This document shows positions 1-13,000 of a DNA stretch of 64,000 nt, piece after piece (position 1 is the first letter of the stretch; each line of letters starts with the position of its first letter). The notes below the pieces were generated by a model. The model saw only the letters and a list, made by a program, of their open reading frames with translations. It did not search any database and was not told the DNA's origin. A program made the position numbers and the translations under genes. Source of the stretch: Sphagnum compactum (Eukaryota); the NCBI GenBank assembly GCA_965153455.1, contig OZ234493.1, positions 1,302,001 through 1,366,000 on the forward strand, in the 5' to 3' direction.

Positions 1-3000
1 TTAGCCTAGGATTAGTATTTAGTTTTAGCCTTTAGATTTAGTTTAGTTTTAACCTCCAGGTTTAACCTTGAGGTTTAGCTTAAGTGACCTAGTTTGACAT
101 AGTTTAACCTATTCTAGGTGTAGTTTAATTTAACCTAATTTGATTTAATTTAGCTTAAATGACCTTAAGTTATACTAAGTTAACCTAAAACCTAGTTTAA
201 CTTAATTTAATTTCCTTTAGCTTAAATAACCTAGTTTAGCATAATTTTACATAGGTTCACATAAGTAGCCTATTTTAACTTAGTTTAATATGAGTGTTTT
301 ACTTTATTTTAACTTAGTTTAGCACATGTAGCTTAAATAACCTTAGGTTTGGCTAAAGAGATTTAGGTTGGCCTATAGTACCTTAAGGAGGCCTAGGTTA
401 ACCCAGGTTAGAGTACTAGGTCGCCCATGTTAGTTTAAGCTTTAAAAAATATGTTTATATTTTTATGATAACTTCTTCTATTGCAAATAAATTATTATGC
501 AATAGTTAAAGATTTGAACTCCCAAAGTGAAAATGAATTTGGTTGAAATCCTCCCATTTGTAGTTTATATATTAAAGTTATGCATAAAGTAATCTTTAGT
601 TTGAACCTCATTTGATCTTGATTGGACCATTCATTTTCCTTTTTCAAGCTAGTTTTGAAGTCCTCAAAAGAGATTATCATACTCATTATTTTAATCATGC
701 ATTATGGTCTATTTACATTAAATTAAGGGGTTTACCTAGTAGGGGGTTAATTAAGTTAGGTGGACTTACTTACATGGGCTACCTACCCACCCATAGCCCA
801 CCTACTTACTTATCGGCTACCTACCTACCTATCCATGAATTATTCACCTAGGATAGGGGCTATTAAAAACCTAAATGGAGGGTCACATAGGGCCATTTTA
901 AGGGCTATTTAGGGGTTATTTAGAAGGCTACATAGGACCTACTGAAGGGGTTATAAAGGGATTTTCCTAAGTTGAGGGATACTTAGGGGCTACTTATTGG
1001 GTTACATAAAGGGCTATTTAGTGGCTACCTTGGGGGTTGGCTAGGGGGATATTTAGGGACTATCTAAAGGCATACCATGGTTAAAGGATAACTATTTAAG
1101 GGGCTATATAGGGCTTATTTGGGAGATTACCTAGGAACTTGCTAAGTTAGGGGATATCAAGGGGGTTACTTTTGGGGCAATTCAAGGATTACTTAAAGGA
1201 TTATTTAGGAAGCTACTTAGGGACTTCTTAATTTAGTGGATACTTTGGAGCCTACTTATGAGGTTACATAGGAGGTTATGTAGGAGCTACTTAAAAGGAT
1301 ATTTAAATATTATCTTAAGGTTTTATGTAACCCCTTACCATTAGGTATCCCATAACTTAGGTAGCCCCCAAATAGGCCTTAAGTAGTCCCTTAAGTAGCC
1401 TTTAAATAACAAATAACCCAAGTAGGACCCATGTGTCTTTACAAATAATGCATTAGGTAGGTTTTTGATAACTCCTAGGTAGGCTTTATGTAGCCCCTTA
1501 AGTAGCCCTTAAGTATCCCACAACTTAAGCAAAAATTTTAATGTTTCCTTGAATTCCCTAAGTAAGATCCTAAATAGTTCCCTTAATAATTTTTAAGTAT
1601 CATATAACTTGGGTAGATTTTCAAGTGTTTTCCCAAATAATTTTTAATGGACCTTAAATAGCCCTTTAATTTAATAAATGCCTAGCTAACCCCTTAAATA
1701 GGTTTTGTATAATTCCTAACTTCCTTTTAGATATAACCATAACATAATAAGTAGGCCCCTGGGTAAACACATAGGCACATGCAAAACACATGAAGCAAGA
1801 TTCTGAGTGGGCTCGAACAAATTTGCCACAGTGAAAATGTCCAACCCCTTAGTGATTAGGGATTAGTTGATATGGACAAATGAGTTAATTAATATCTAAT
1901 CAAATTCACTAATAATTGATCCATTAGACTAGCCTCTTAGTTCATATTAGGTTTAGTTAAACTATGAACCTTTGTTAAATTAGACACCTAAGACTTTAGG
2001 TTATCCTAGGCCACAAATGTGAAGGTTTGAACCCTCCACCTCCCTTCACCTCCTTAACCATTAAATCAATATGTAAATAAGTGAAATAATTTCTTATCAC
2101 ATATTATTATGCAAATTCTTTTCCTAACCTATGTGTAAATTACCATAGGCTAAAGTGTTATGCTAGTCTTACATTATTCTTAAGTTAGTGTAAATTACTT
2201 TAAGTTATTCCTACACTACCATAAAATATTTTAAATTATTTGTGGGGTACCATAGGTTAGGATTTAAAGTTAATCCTAGGCTAATATTTTACCTTAGGTT
2301 ATTTTCAACCATTCCATCATTGGCTATTTTAAATACCATATTTAAAATTTCTCCACCTTAAACTATTTTTGGATATTCTAGGTTATTCCACTTTAGGCTA
2401 TTATAAAGTATTTCACCCAAAGTTATTTTAGGCTATTATACCCTAAGCTTTTCTTAGTTTTTTTAATTATTTTGCCTTAGGTTTGTTTGTTAATTTTAAC
2501 TTATTATGACCTAAATTATTCTTTTACTATTATAGGTTAATCCACCATAGGTTATTCTAGGTTATTTAACCTAAAATATTATCAATTATTTTAATTTATT
2601 TCACCTTATGATATTTTAGGTTATTTTATTTTAGATTATTTTGGTTATTCTGCATTAGTACACCTTGAGTTATTTTTGGTTTTTAAAAATTATTCCACCC
2701 TAAGTTATTTATAAATTGTTATAAGTTATTCCACCTTATTTATTATAAGCGATTTTACCTATTTTAGGTTATTCCACCCAAAATTATTTTCACTTATTTT
2801 AATTTATTTCATCATAAATTATTTTAAATTATTTTACCCTAGGTTATTTTTGGTTATTTTAAGTTATTCCACATTATGTTATTTTAAGTTGTTCTCAACT
2901 GTTCCAAACAATTTTAGACTAAATTATTTTTTGCTATTTTAAGTAATTCCACCCTAAGTTATCCTACATTATTATCAATTAGTTTACCCTAGTCTATACT

Positions 3001-5399
3001 TTAGGTTATTCCAATTATTTTAAGTTATTTTGTTGTAGGTTATTATAAGGTATAACCTATAATAACTTACGGTATAGACTATGGTAAAATAATTAATAAT
3101 AACCTAGGGTAAAATAACCTAAAGTAATTTATAATGAAATAACTTAAGATAAGTAATAACATTAGAAGAAATCAAAATTTTTTCACTTCATTTTTGGGAT
3201 TAGTTTTTAGTCGTAAAGAACATTTGTAGCTATATTTCCTTTAGTTGCATTGGACAAGTTGCAAATGACAATCATTCATGGATAGAAAAAAAAATCAACA
3301 AAATACATCTTCATTTGTTAACCCACCCATTATATACAAATTGTCACTTGTGATTAATTTGCAACTAATTTGGTCAACCTTTTGTTTTTATGATATGCTA
3401 CCATGTGTCATTATTTTAATATCTTTTCCTAATTATTATTCTATTTATGAGAATTTGAAATAATTTGAGACTTCTAGTGAAGATCTTTGGATGGTTTTAG
3501 ATTGTGACATGTGGCATAATCAAAATGTGTCACATAACATATTAATTATAGAAAAATTATTATAAAATTCTAAAATCAGATTCAATATTAATAACTATAA
3601 ATTCTAAATCATGATTAACTGTGTTCAATGATAAATTATGAAATATCGTAATTAATATATAAACAATGTAATTATAGTTAGGTTATAGTAATTTGACATT
3701 AATTATAGAAATTAATTATTATTATTTTCAGCTTGTTAATTATTACTATAAAAATATATGTAGTAACAATAATTATTTATTTTAAATACATAATTATAAA
3801 TAGTAGATAAAATATTTTATTATAAATATTTTATTATATAGAATAATTACATCAATTTAAAAGTTTTATTAAGATAATGTTTTTTGAAATGATGTTTTTA
3901 CTTATGCATTATCAGTCTTAAATTATGAATACCAAGTTAAATTATGAATAATATAATTAATATATAAATTATCTAATTATTTATTTTGTTTATTTTTTAT
4001 TCGCAATATTAAATATTAGTGTAATCGTTCATGTTATAAGAGATTTATTTTTAAAAACTTTTATTGGATATAAATAAAATAAATAATTTCAATTCAATTA
4101 TTGTAATTATAGTATTACATCAAATTATTATTTTTAACAATAAAATTACTATGAATATTTTAAGTCACAATTCAAAAATTTAAAATTATGAATACTGAGT
4201 TCAATTATAAATTATGTAATTATTAAAATTATTGGGAGATTATTATATTTATAGTTATTTTACAATAATGTTACATTAATTGTAATATTAAGTTTTATTA
4301 TAATTATTGGATTTTTTATGAATGGAAAATAGTAATAATTTCTCAAAAAAAAAACCATTATCCATAACTTGTCGTATACACATGTACATTTTAGTATCCA
4401 CCCATATAGTAATGAGTAGAATTCTTATAATACACCATTATAAACCCAAACAACTTGAATATGCAAAATGCATTTTGAATACATAGAAGGTTGCAACTCA
4501 TTTGAACACATTTGTAACTAATGGGACATGGATGGGTATTTTTGGATGAAAACCATGTTAAAAATTGTCGAAATGGAAGCGTGAAGAAAACATTAGTCAC
4601 AAATTATTACAGTGTAATTGTAAACATAACTAAATGCAAAAAATAGTTGCCAAAATAATTAATGATAGTTGAAAATGACAAATAATTACAATTAGTTACA
4701 AATTGATTGGTTACAAAAACCCAATTTTTACTAATGTAATGACTTAAAATAATTTAAAATGGAATAATTTAAAACAACCTAGGGTGGAAAAATTAAAATA
4801 GTCATGAATAATTTAAAGTATAATGATTTCAAATAACCTAAGGTGGAATAACATAAAGTAATCGAAGATGGAATAACTTATAACAACCAAGAAATTCTTA
4901 GGGTAAATAACAAAAAATAACATAGGGTGGAATATCCTAAAATAAGTTATAATGGATTAAGTTAGAATAATTGAAAGTAACTTAGGATAGCTTAAGGTGG
5001 AATAACCTGGAATACCCAAAAATAGTCTAGGTTAGAATAATTTAAAATAACAAATAATAGCTTAGGGTATAATAGCCTAAAGTGGAATAATCGAGAATAA
5101 TTGAAAATTATACATGATAAAATAACTTAAAACAACCTGAAGTAAAATAACCTAGAATAACTTAAGGTATAATAACATAGGTATACTAGCCTACAATATT
5201 TAAAGCAACAACATAAAAAGAAACTTATTTATTATAGTGAATTAATTTAAATAAAATAAAAATAATTATGTTAATTAATAATGAAACATGATGATTGCAT
5301 AATGATGACATAATTTTATGCAAGGTGAAATGATCAGGGTGGAATGAATCTATTTCATTTTAAAGGTCCCAAAATGATTTAACTAATGAACTACACCCC

Positions 5400-7250
5400 A
5401 TTTTGGACTAATGGGATGACGTTGTTATTTATTTGAATGGATTACCAACAAGATGGATGAATTCAAATGCATGTTGGATAATTTTGCTTTGCTTTTGGAG
5501 CAAAAATTAAATGGGGTAAATTTGATGCCATATGGTCAACAAAGTAGCCAAAGGATTGTTAATGGGCTTGAATGCTAGGATTAAATGGATTATGCAAGGG
5601 GAAGGTGCGAAATATCTAGGTGTGCTAGTAGGTTCTCATTTCTTACTTATGTCCAATTTTGACAAGTTAATGGCTTCTCTTGAAGCGAAATGGAATACTA
5701 GGTATAATTGACCGTAATGTGCAATCTGAAGCACTCCTTGTTAACTTATTAGTTTGGGGCTTTGCTTTAATGAAAAACCTTGGAAAGATTTGATCATGTA
5801 TAGAGCAGAATAGGCCCAACCTCCTATGCATTGCATTCAACGATGCCAATGGATATAATTAATTGATTTTTGCTACTTCAAAGTTTCGCAAATTTGCCTT
5901 TCCTTTGTGAAATGACATTTCAAATAAGGATGTTTGGAAAAATGTAACAACTAGCTTGGAGAAATTTGAGCCTCAAAACCCATAAGAGGTAATGCAAAAA
6001 CCACTATTTGGACACCCCCTTATTTTCAATGAAAAGAATTTGTCGTTTGGCATTGGTGTTGTTAGTATAAGAAGGATGATGGCTGCTGCAAGTTGCACAA
6101 GAATGTGACACCTTTGGGATAACCAAACCCAATGCTAAAAGAACTTGCCAACATTACACATCATAAACCACCCAGTTAATATTACAACTAAAAATTCCAT
6201 GGTTTCCCAACTTCCTTGGGACACAACTTGTTGTAATTTGGTGATTGGGTTTGCCTTAAAGTTGTGAAGGAAAGCAAATTCCCTTCATGGATTTACAAAA
6301 TTTCAAAGGTTCATCCTAATTCCATTTCTACTCTTGAATTTAATAGATTTCTTTTTCGTAGGTTGACTTGTAGCAACTCACACATTGTCCAACTTCAATA
6401 AAAAAGATTAATGCATGTCATGGTGTTCATTCAAGACATGCACAAAACTCTTTTCAAAATGGACAACATTAACATTGATTTGGAATCAAAGGCCTTTGCG
6501 TGACATTTTGATCTTCACCTCATCGACCAATTGCGTTGGGATCTAGGCAAATGGCATTGGAAAACCATGTCTCACATTGGGGATGCACCATTTTTTGGAT
6601 ACATTACTAAGGGAGGTAATCTTTGTACCACAAGTCATCAACACACTACCCCTATTTTCATAACATTCATTTAACAACTTGAATCATGGGATATTTTTTC
6701 ATTCCTTGCTAGACTTTGGCATAGTTCAAGACCTCACAAGGTATCAACCCTCATTTGGTTCATTTTCACTCGAGGATTATCAATTGATTCTTGGCTAGAA
6801 TGCATGGTTGTTTATTCTTGCTACCAAATTTATAACATCAACTTCATTGAAACTTTATAGCATAACTTCATTACATGCCCAAAGTTGCGGTGGCTTAGGA
6901 TGCTTATTTTAAAGTATGGACTAAATGGGAAGCTCCTAAGAACTTCAGTGTTTTATGCCCTTTCATCTTGTTTCACTCTAGGTGAGAATGTTTTTAGGAA
7001 TGAAGAAGGTAATCCTCATACTCATAGGTTGCATGTTAGTGATTACATTTACATTACACTTACATTATATAACTATTGGATCTTCTTTTTAACTTTATCT
7101 TTTATTTTCTATGGGTTAAGTGCTATCACTTGCACTTTGATAATCATTATTTTAGTAACAAGACTTTTCATCATGCTTGGACCTCCATTGTGGAGGTTGG
7201 TATGGCCATTAACATTCTTAAGTAGATTAGGGATCATAACAAACAACTTT
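5400..7250 (+). mobile_element. Decayed non-LTR (L1-like LINE) retrotransposon fragment, 3' part of ORF2
   Basis: Hand translation gives AKYLGVLVG near 5608 (post-RT KYLG motif), LWHSSRPHKVSTLIWF..RGL at about 6715-6780, and a degenerate C...ET.*H.F..C zf-RVT-like motif at about 6819-6880. Many stops and frameshifts; boundaries approximate. Confidence 0.6.
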
Positions 7251-8819
7251 CATCAATGATGATTTTTTAATGTAATGTAGTTTTTTTTGCCTTTTCATTA
7301 TGGGATTTTGTTTATGAGGTATTCAAGAACTATCCTTCCCAATTATAGGTAATTAATGTTATTGTTTTTAAAAAATAGAATGAAGCTTCTTAACGTGAAA
7401 GAGGGATAGGTAGGAGGTCCATTAGATAACAACAAAAGAAAAACTAATCAAGAGAGTATGGTAACAAAAGAAAAGATAATCAAGAGAGTATGGTTTGATC
7501 ATGAGCACATAGTGCATGATCTTTGGTTACTAATCTAGGTCAAAACAAAATTTTAAATTCATACCTAAACACAAAAGCGATTTGTTATATGGATATGAAC
7601 TGAAAGTCCCATCCAATGAACTTACATTGTGGGTCAAAATAGAACTTGTAAAATTAGCATTGGTAAATCTTGACCTTGCAGTGAAATTGCAAACATAAAT
7701 CTCTCCCTCACAGGCTAATTTGATCCATGTGTGCACGACTCCCACAAGGGACATTTTGCAATGCAAGATTAGTACTTTTCCACATTTACGAACTTTTGTG
7801 TGTTTATGTAATCTAGCTCCTCATTAATATGAATATGGATTGCATTTTGAAAGAGTTGGTTCAAGTATTCAAACATTCTTATAACTCGTTTTTTACACCA
7901 TGTTCTTCAAATCCATTGTTGCTTTTCTTGTGTTTCTTCACATGTGCATAAATCCATGAAGATATCTCTTTTGAACTCTTTCAATAGTGAAAATGACCTT
8001 CCAAAGCTTAGATCTCTAAAGGTTTTAGGCCAAACATTGAGATTCATTTCATGCAGACATTTTTCAAAATCTTTTTTTTCCATTGACTATAATGTTCATG
8101 GTTCAACTACATGTTTAGGTCATCAAGCAAGGTGTGAATGCAAGTTTTGGAATACCTCTTCTAACTAGGGTTTCTATGTGAAGGGTAGCTTTAATTAAGA
8201 TTTGGACAATAAGGTTGGTATGGTGGCCACATAGGCTATATTCCCGATACTTGGCTTGAATAACTGGTGGCCTCAAGCTAGTTACTATAGGCATAATCTA
8301 TAGAATTGAAAAAATCTCTTTTCATCCATGAAGAGAGCGATTATTACATTTTCATCCAATAAGCGATAAGGTTTCAAGATCATTGGGCTAATGAGAGACT
8401 TTTGTACCTTGTGCTGAGTAGTGGGTCACTAATGAAACGATGGTCAGAGGCTTATCGTTTGTAACTTGTGACCTAATAGCCAATCAGGGTGTCGAGATTC
8501 TCATTATGGTCGATTACAGATTACATAACCAACAAGAGGGCACTGGTTAATGGACATAACTGGTGACCTTTACATCCATAACCTGTGCAATAGGTGGATG
8601 TGGACAGAACCTACTTCTCCGCACTTTTCATTCACAAGCAGCCTGAAATACATGAGCTTTAATATGTGAGACCTGATTGGGGACATGGAGGTCCAATCAG
8701 AAAAAGACACGTCAGCCCATGGAGCTGGTTTTTTGATACCCAAATACCCAAAGACAGAGCTGGTTCCATTGGGCACACCCCCAAATGAGCAAATCAGCTG
8801 TGGGTGTACCTTACCACTC

Positions 8820-8846
8820 AAACCCTAAACCCTAAACCCTAAACCC
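8820..8846. repeat. Short interstitial plant telomeric repeat (CCCTAAA)n
   Basis: aaaccctaaaccctaaaccctaaaccc. Confidence 0.8.
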
Positions 8847-8887
8847 ACACCACACAACAATAAACAAGGGGGTGTGTCACATTAAAA

Positions 8888-9112
8888 ATCCTCTAAAAGA
8901 AACCAAAAATCCTTCAAGATATTATAACTCTATAACTAAACTCAAGTTTCAACACAAGTCAAAATATCATGTTTTAAAAAAATCCTCAAACAAAAAATAA
9001 TAGACCTATTATTATTTATTTAGGGTCCAAAGTCCCCTTGAGCTACTTACTATATACTCTACAAATGAATCTCTAAACACAATATCCTTGCCTTGGTAGG
9101 CAAAGCCAACAA
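8888..9112 (+). repeat. Dispersed ~220-bp repeat, copy 1 (copy 2 at 44460-44661)
   Basis: Collinear similarity from atcctctaaaagaaacc...tccttcaagatatta through ccttggtaggcaaagccaacaa. Confidence 0.75.
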
Positions 9113-9807
9113 CATCATCTTCTGTCTTCTGTCACCAGCTTCAGCTTCAGCTTTTTTTTGTTGTGGAGCCTGACCAGGTTAGCCTAGAGGCATGATGAGG
9201 CAGAAAAAGCCTGCTCTCAGGAGTTTTTCCCAGCTTTCACTGCCACTGCAAAATGCCAGAAGGTAAGGGTAGGGTAGGGTAGGCAACTAGTGTCAAAGGA
9301 AATTGTCAATGCTTTTGGCACATTCAAGCTTATGGGTTTTGTAACAACAACCATCACTAGCCTAGCCTAGCCTAGCCTAGCTTGGGATCCACATTCAATG
9401 GCTCATTTTGGCCAGCCACTTGATTCAGGGAATCAGCATCACCACCACCCACAGCAACATGAAGTTTTTGTCTTTGCATCTGAGAATGGGATTATTCCAG
9501 AATTCAATGATGAGGGTGGTGGTGCAGGTTTAGTAGTAGTAGTACATGGAAACACTAGACCTCTATATAGATAGCCAAATTAACCAAATTAGGTAAATTA
9601 CAAATATTATAATTAAAGGACAGTATGTACTATGTACATTGGAATTTTTTGAAATAAATAAATATCTTAAATTAATTTAAAATGTCTTTTACATTTTTGA
9701 AACTAAAAGACATCCCAACATGATTTGTAATTGTGAAATCAACTTTCCCATGGAACTCTTTCACACTCCTTGAGTACCTTAAGAGCTCATAGATAGACTT
9801 TGGGTCG

Positions 9808-10053
9808 GAGGACCTTCAAATCTTCCAACCTTACATTGGAAGCCCTCATTTGAGGCGAGGACCTTCAAATCTTCGAACCTTACATTGGAAGCCCTCATGT
9901 GAGGCGAGGACCTTCAAATCTTTGAACCTTACATTGGAAGCCCTCATTTGAGGCGAGGATGTTCACAATCTTCGAACCTTACATTGGAAGCCCTCCTTTG
10001 AGGCGAGGACCTTCAAATCTTCGAACCTTACATTGGAAGCCCTCATTTGAGGC
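9808..10053 (+). repeat. Tandem minisatellite, 49-bp unit x5
   Basis: Unit aggaccttcaaatcttcgaaccttacattggaagccctcatttgaggcg recurs at 49-50 bp spacing (9811, 9860, 9909, 9958, 10008). Confidence 0.92.
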
Positions 10054-13000
10054 TCTGTCAATATCGACGGCATGTAACGTGCAAATGTTAGTTTTTCCCT
10101 CCCCCCAATCCTCACTCGCAAACTTGAACATTGAACAGTACAAAATGAGTGACAATTTGAAATCTCATCACTTGAGTCAATCATTATAGTTGGCCAATGA
10201 AAAACAATCATTTTCTACTGCTGCTGGTGCTCTTGCAGGGCACTGCTAAAGATGTGCACTTTTAGCAGCCCAAAGGAGTTGTTTCATGATGCTTAATTGC
10301 AAGACTTCATCCAAAAATTATATAGTCAGGAGTGCAAACCATTTCATTGCTGCTGTTGGGTACGATGCCTCTAAGCATATATATATACTAGTTTGAACCC
10401 CATGCCTAATGCACAGGTGTGTTATTTCAACAAGGTTTGGTTCATGTTTTAGTTTTTTTTACCCTAAAACTTTTATCTTTTTTATTTTTTATTTTATCCC
10501 GACGTCTGGATGGAAAGCTTCATTTCATCCCGAAGCTTCACGACCACGACGTCCTTTACTATATAGAATATGCCTATGCAAGGCTTTGTTACAAAACCCA
10601 TAAGGTTGCAGAGGAAAAATTACTCTAGTTAAGGTGCCCTCCGATTACACTGAAAAAAGCAGCGCGAAGAAGCGCTTCCGATTGTATTGTATGTTATTTG
10701 TAGGACCATCTTATTAAAGTTATGGGAAGATGCATATACCATAGTGAGTGGGTATACCTCCTCCTCCTATTGGTGTTGTGGGACTTTGCAAGAAGTTTAA
10801 CATCAATGCCACCATGCATGTGCACTAGATATGTGGCATAAGTGTTGGGTTAAAACTTTTTTGTCACATTTTTAAAATTGAAAAATTCATCCTAATGATT
10901 CTAAGAGCTTTTTTTGAATTTTTAATTGAAGGGTTTAATTCACTAAAATAAGAGGTAACTAAATTAATAAGGAATACTAAGAATCATAATTGAAACCTTT
11001 TGACATTAGTGGGAATGTATTTGGGACATTGGTGGGTTTTGTATTATTACCACATAATATTGAGTCCCAAGGTTTCTCTGCAAGAAGTCATCATGGTGTT
11101 TTCATTGACATTTTCAAATCTCCACCAACAATTTTTTTGTTTCCATCTATATTCCATAAATTTTTTCCTACCATGGTCACCAATGTTTAAATTTTAAAAT
11201 TTCTATTATAGCTTTTGCCTATTTATTGACAAGAAAATAGGAAAATTTCATTTTTCTAGTATAAATTCGACGAATTTTGAGAGACACCATTTTTTGTATT
11301 GCCCTCCCTTGATGTTGTTGGTGTGCAAAATTGATAATTCAAACAACAACAACAACCACCCTAAAAAAAATTAAAAATAATAAAAATAAAACAACCTGGG
11401 TATATCGCATGATATTTGAGGTTGGATGAGGTTGGATGGAGACCACTTAGAAGCTGATACTACTTCTTCGTCTCTTAACAATGAGGAAGGCCCTTTTTAG
11501 GGCCTCAAGTATCTCCTCCATTCAATTGCAGCATTGAGAAATTTTACTTGATGCACAAAAAAGCAATCTAATAACTCATAAACCAGACAAGGATAAATAG
11601 AAATATAAAAGAAATCGACATGCAAATAGTATATATTTTTTGCCGATATGTAAACAGCAACACACTCATTTTATTTAAATGGAATTAGGGTTTAAGGTTA
11701 AATTTGATCTATTTTGCCAAAAAAAAGAAAACAAAAAAAGAAAAACAGATTTTTTTCTGGAAGAACCATGTTTCTAGTGTAGCAAAAGAAACAACGAATT
11801 TTTCATTTTTTCAATTTTCAGGCAAACCCATGTTTTTGTAGTGTAATCCTAAATCCTAAAACCCTTCATGACACATGTTCTGCGAGTTACTCTTATCCCA
11901 CTGATCAATACACAACACGGGTCAGAATTTTCTCTTGTCTCCGGAATCTTTCTTTGTTGATCACAAGTTTGACAAATAGCAAACACCATTACTCTACCAC
12001 CCTAGTAAGTAGTAAAGTAAGTATATATATATATATATATATGTTGAATACTACTACTACTACTACTACTAATAATAATAATCAATTAATTTTGAAAAAA
12101 ATACACGTGAGGAAAAAGAAAACCTAAAAAATTCCTGAATATTATTCCATTTATTGCATTCTCTATTTTCCTTCACAAAATGTTGTTCTTTGAAATGAAG
12201 TATGTTTTGGAAATTAAAAAAACTAAAAAATAAAAAAATCAATTCTACAAATGATAATAATAATAATAATAATAATAATTTGTGTTGTCGAAGGTGGCCG
12301 ATTACAAACTATAGTAAATTTTTTTGCTCTACTCGGTTGGGTACACACAACCTCTTTTGTGTGTGGATGTGTGTTTGTGTTTTTGTCTCTTGCTTGCTTG
12401 CAGGTTAATAATCATCACCTTCACAATGTCAAAAGGTTTGCCTGGAAACACTGGCCTGCTGACTTAGTGCCTCAGCAGCAGCAGCTGTATACTAGTAAGT
12501 AACTAGTAGTCTAAAGTCTGAACTATGTCTGTCCAATGCATGGCCACTTATTTAGGTGACAATGATAATAATAATAATAATAATAATAATAATGTACTTT
12601 TAAAAAAAAGGGGCTATTTTTCCAGTGTTGTAAGTCGTTTACCCTGATATACCCTGCGGGTCAATATGGGCATCATACATGTATACCCACCCCTTTAATA
12701 TTATTATCAACATTCTTTTGGGGGGTTACCCTTCCATTACCCTACCTGGTGGGTAAATGTTTCAGACTTACCCTTCATTTACCCTACCCAGCTAGTATAT
12801 AATATATAAATTTTTTGAACTCCACCCTTTCCTATGGGAGAGGCATTTTTATTTATTTAAGCAGGTAAAAAAACAGAGAGGCTATAAATATAAAAATTAA
12901 ATTGAAATGTATGTATATAAATCCTTACAGAAAATATTAGTAAAAATTGCAAATACTTTGCATATTTCAATCAACTCCACATTTAACAAAAAATAATACT

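Noticed and set aside
7530-8170. Possible decayed coding remnants (also about 13770-14460, 40100-41400 and 58970-59210)
   Set aside because: No motif I could identify with confidence; a translated homology search is needed.
9808-10053. CRISPR-like appearance of regular repeats (also 24755-25258 and 43440-43935)
   Set aside because: Units are contiguous with no unique spacers, there are no cas genes, and the context is eukaryotic.
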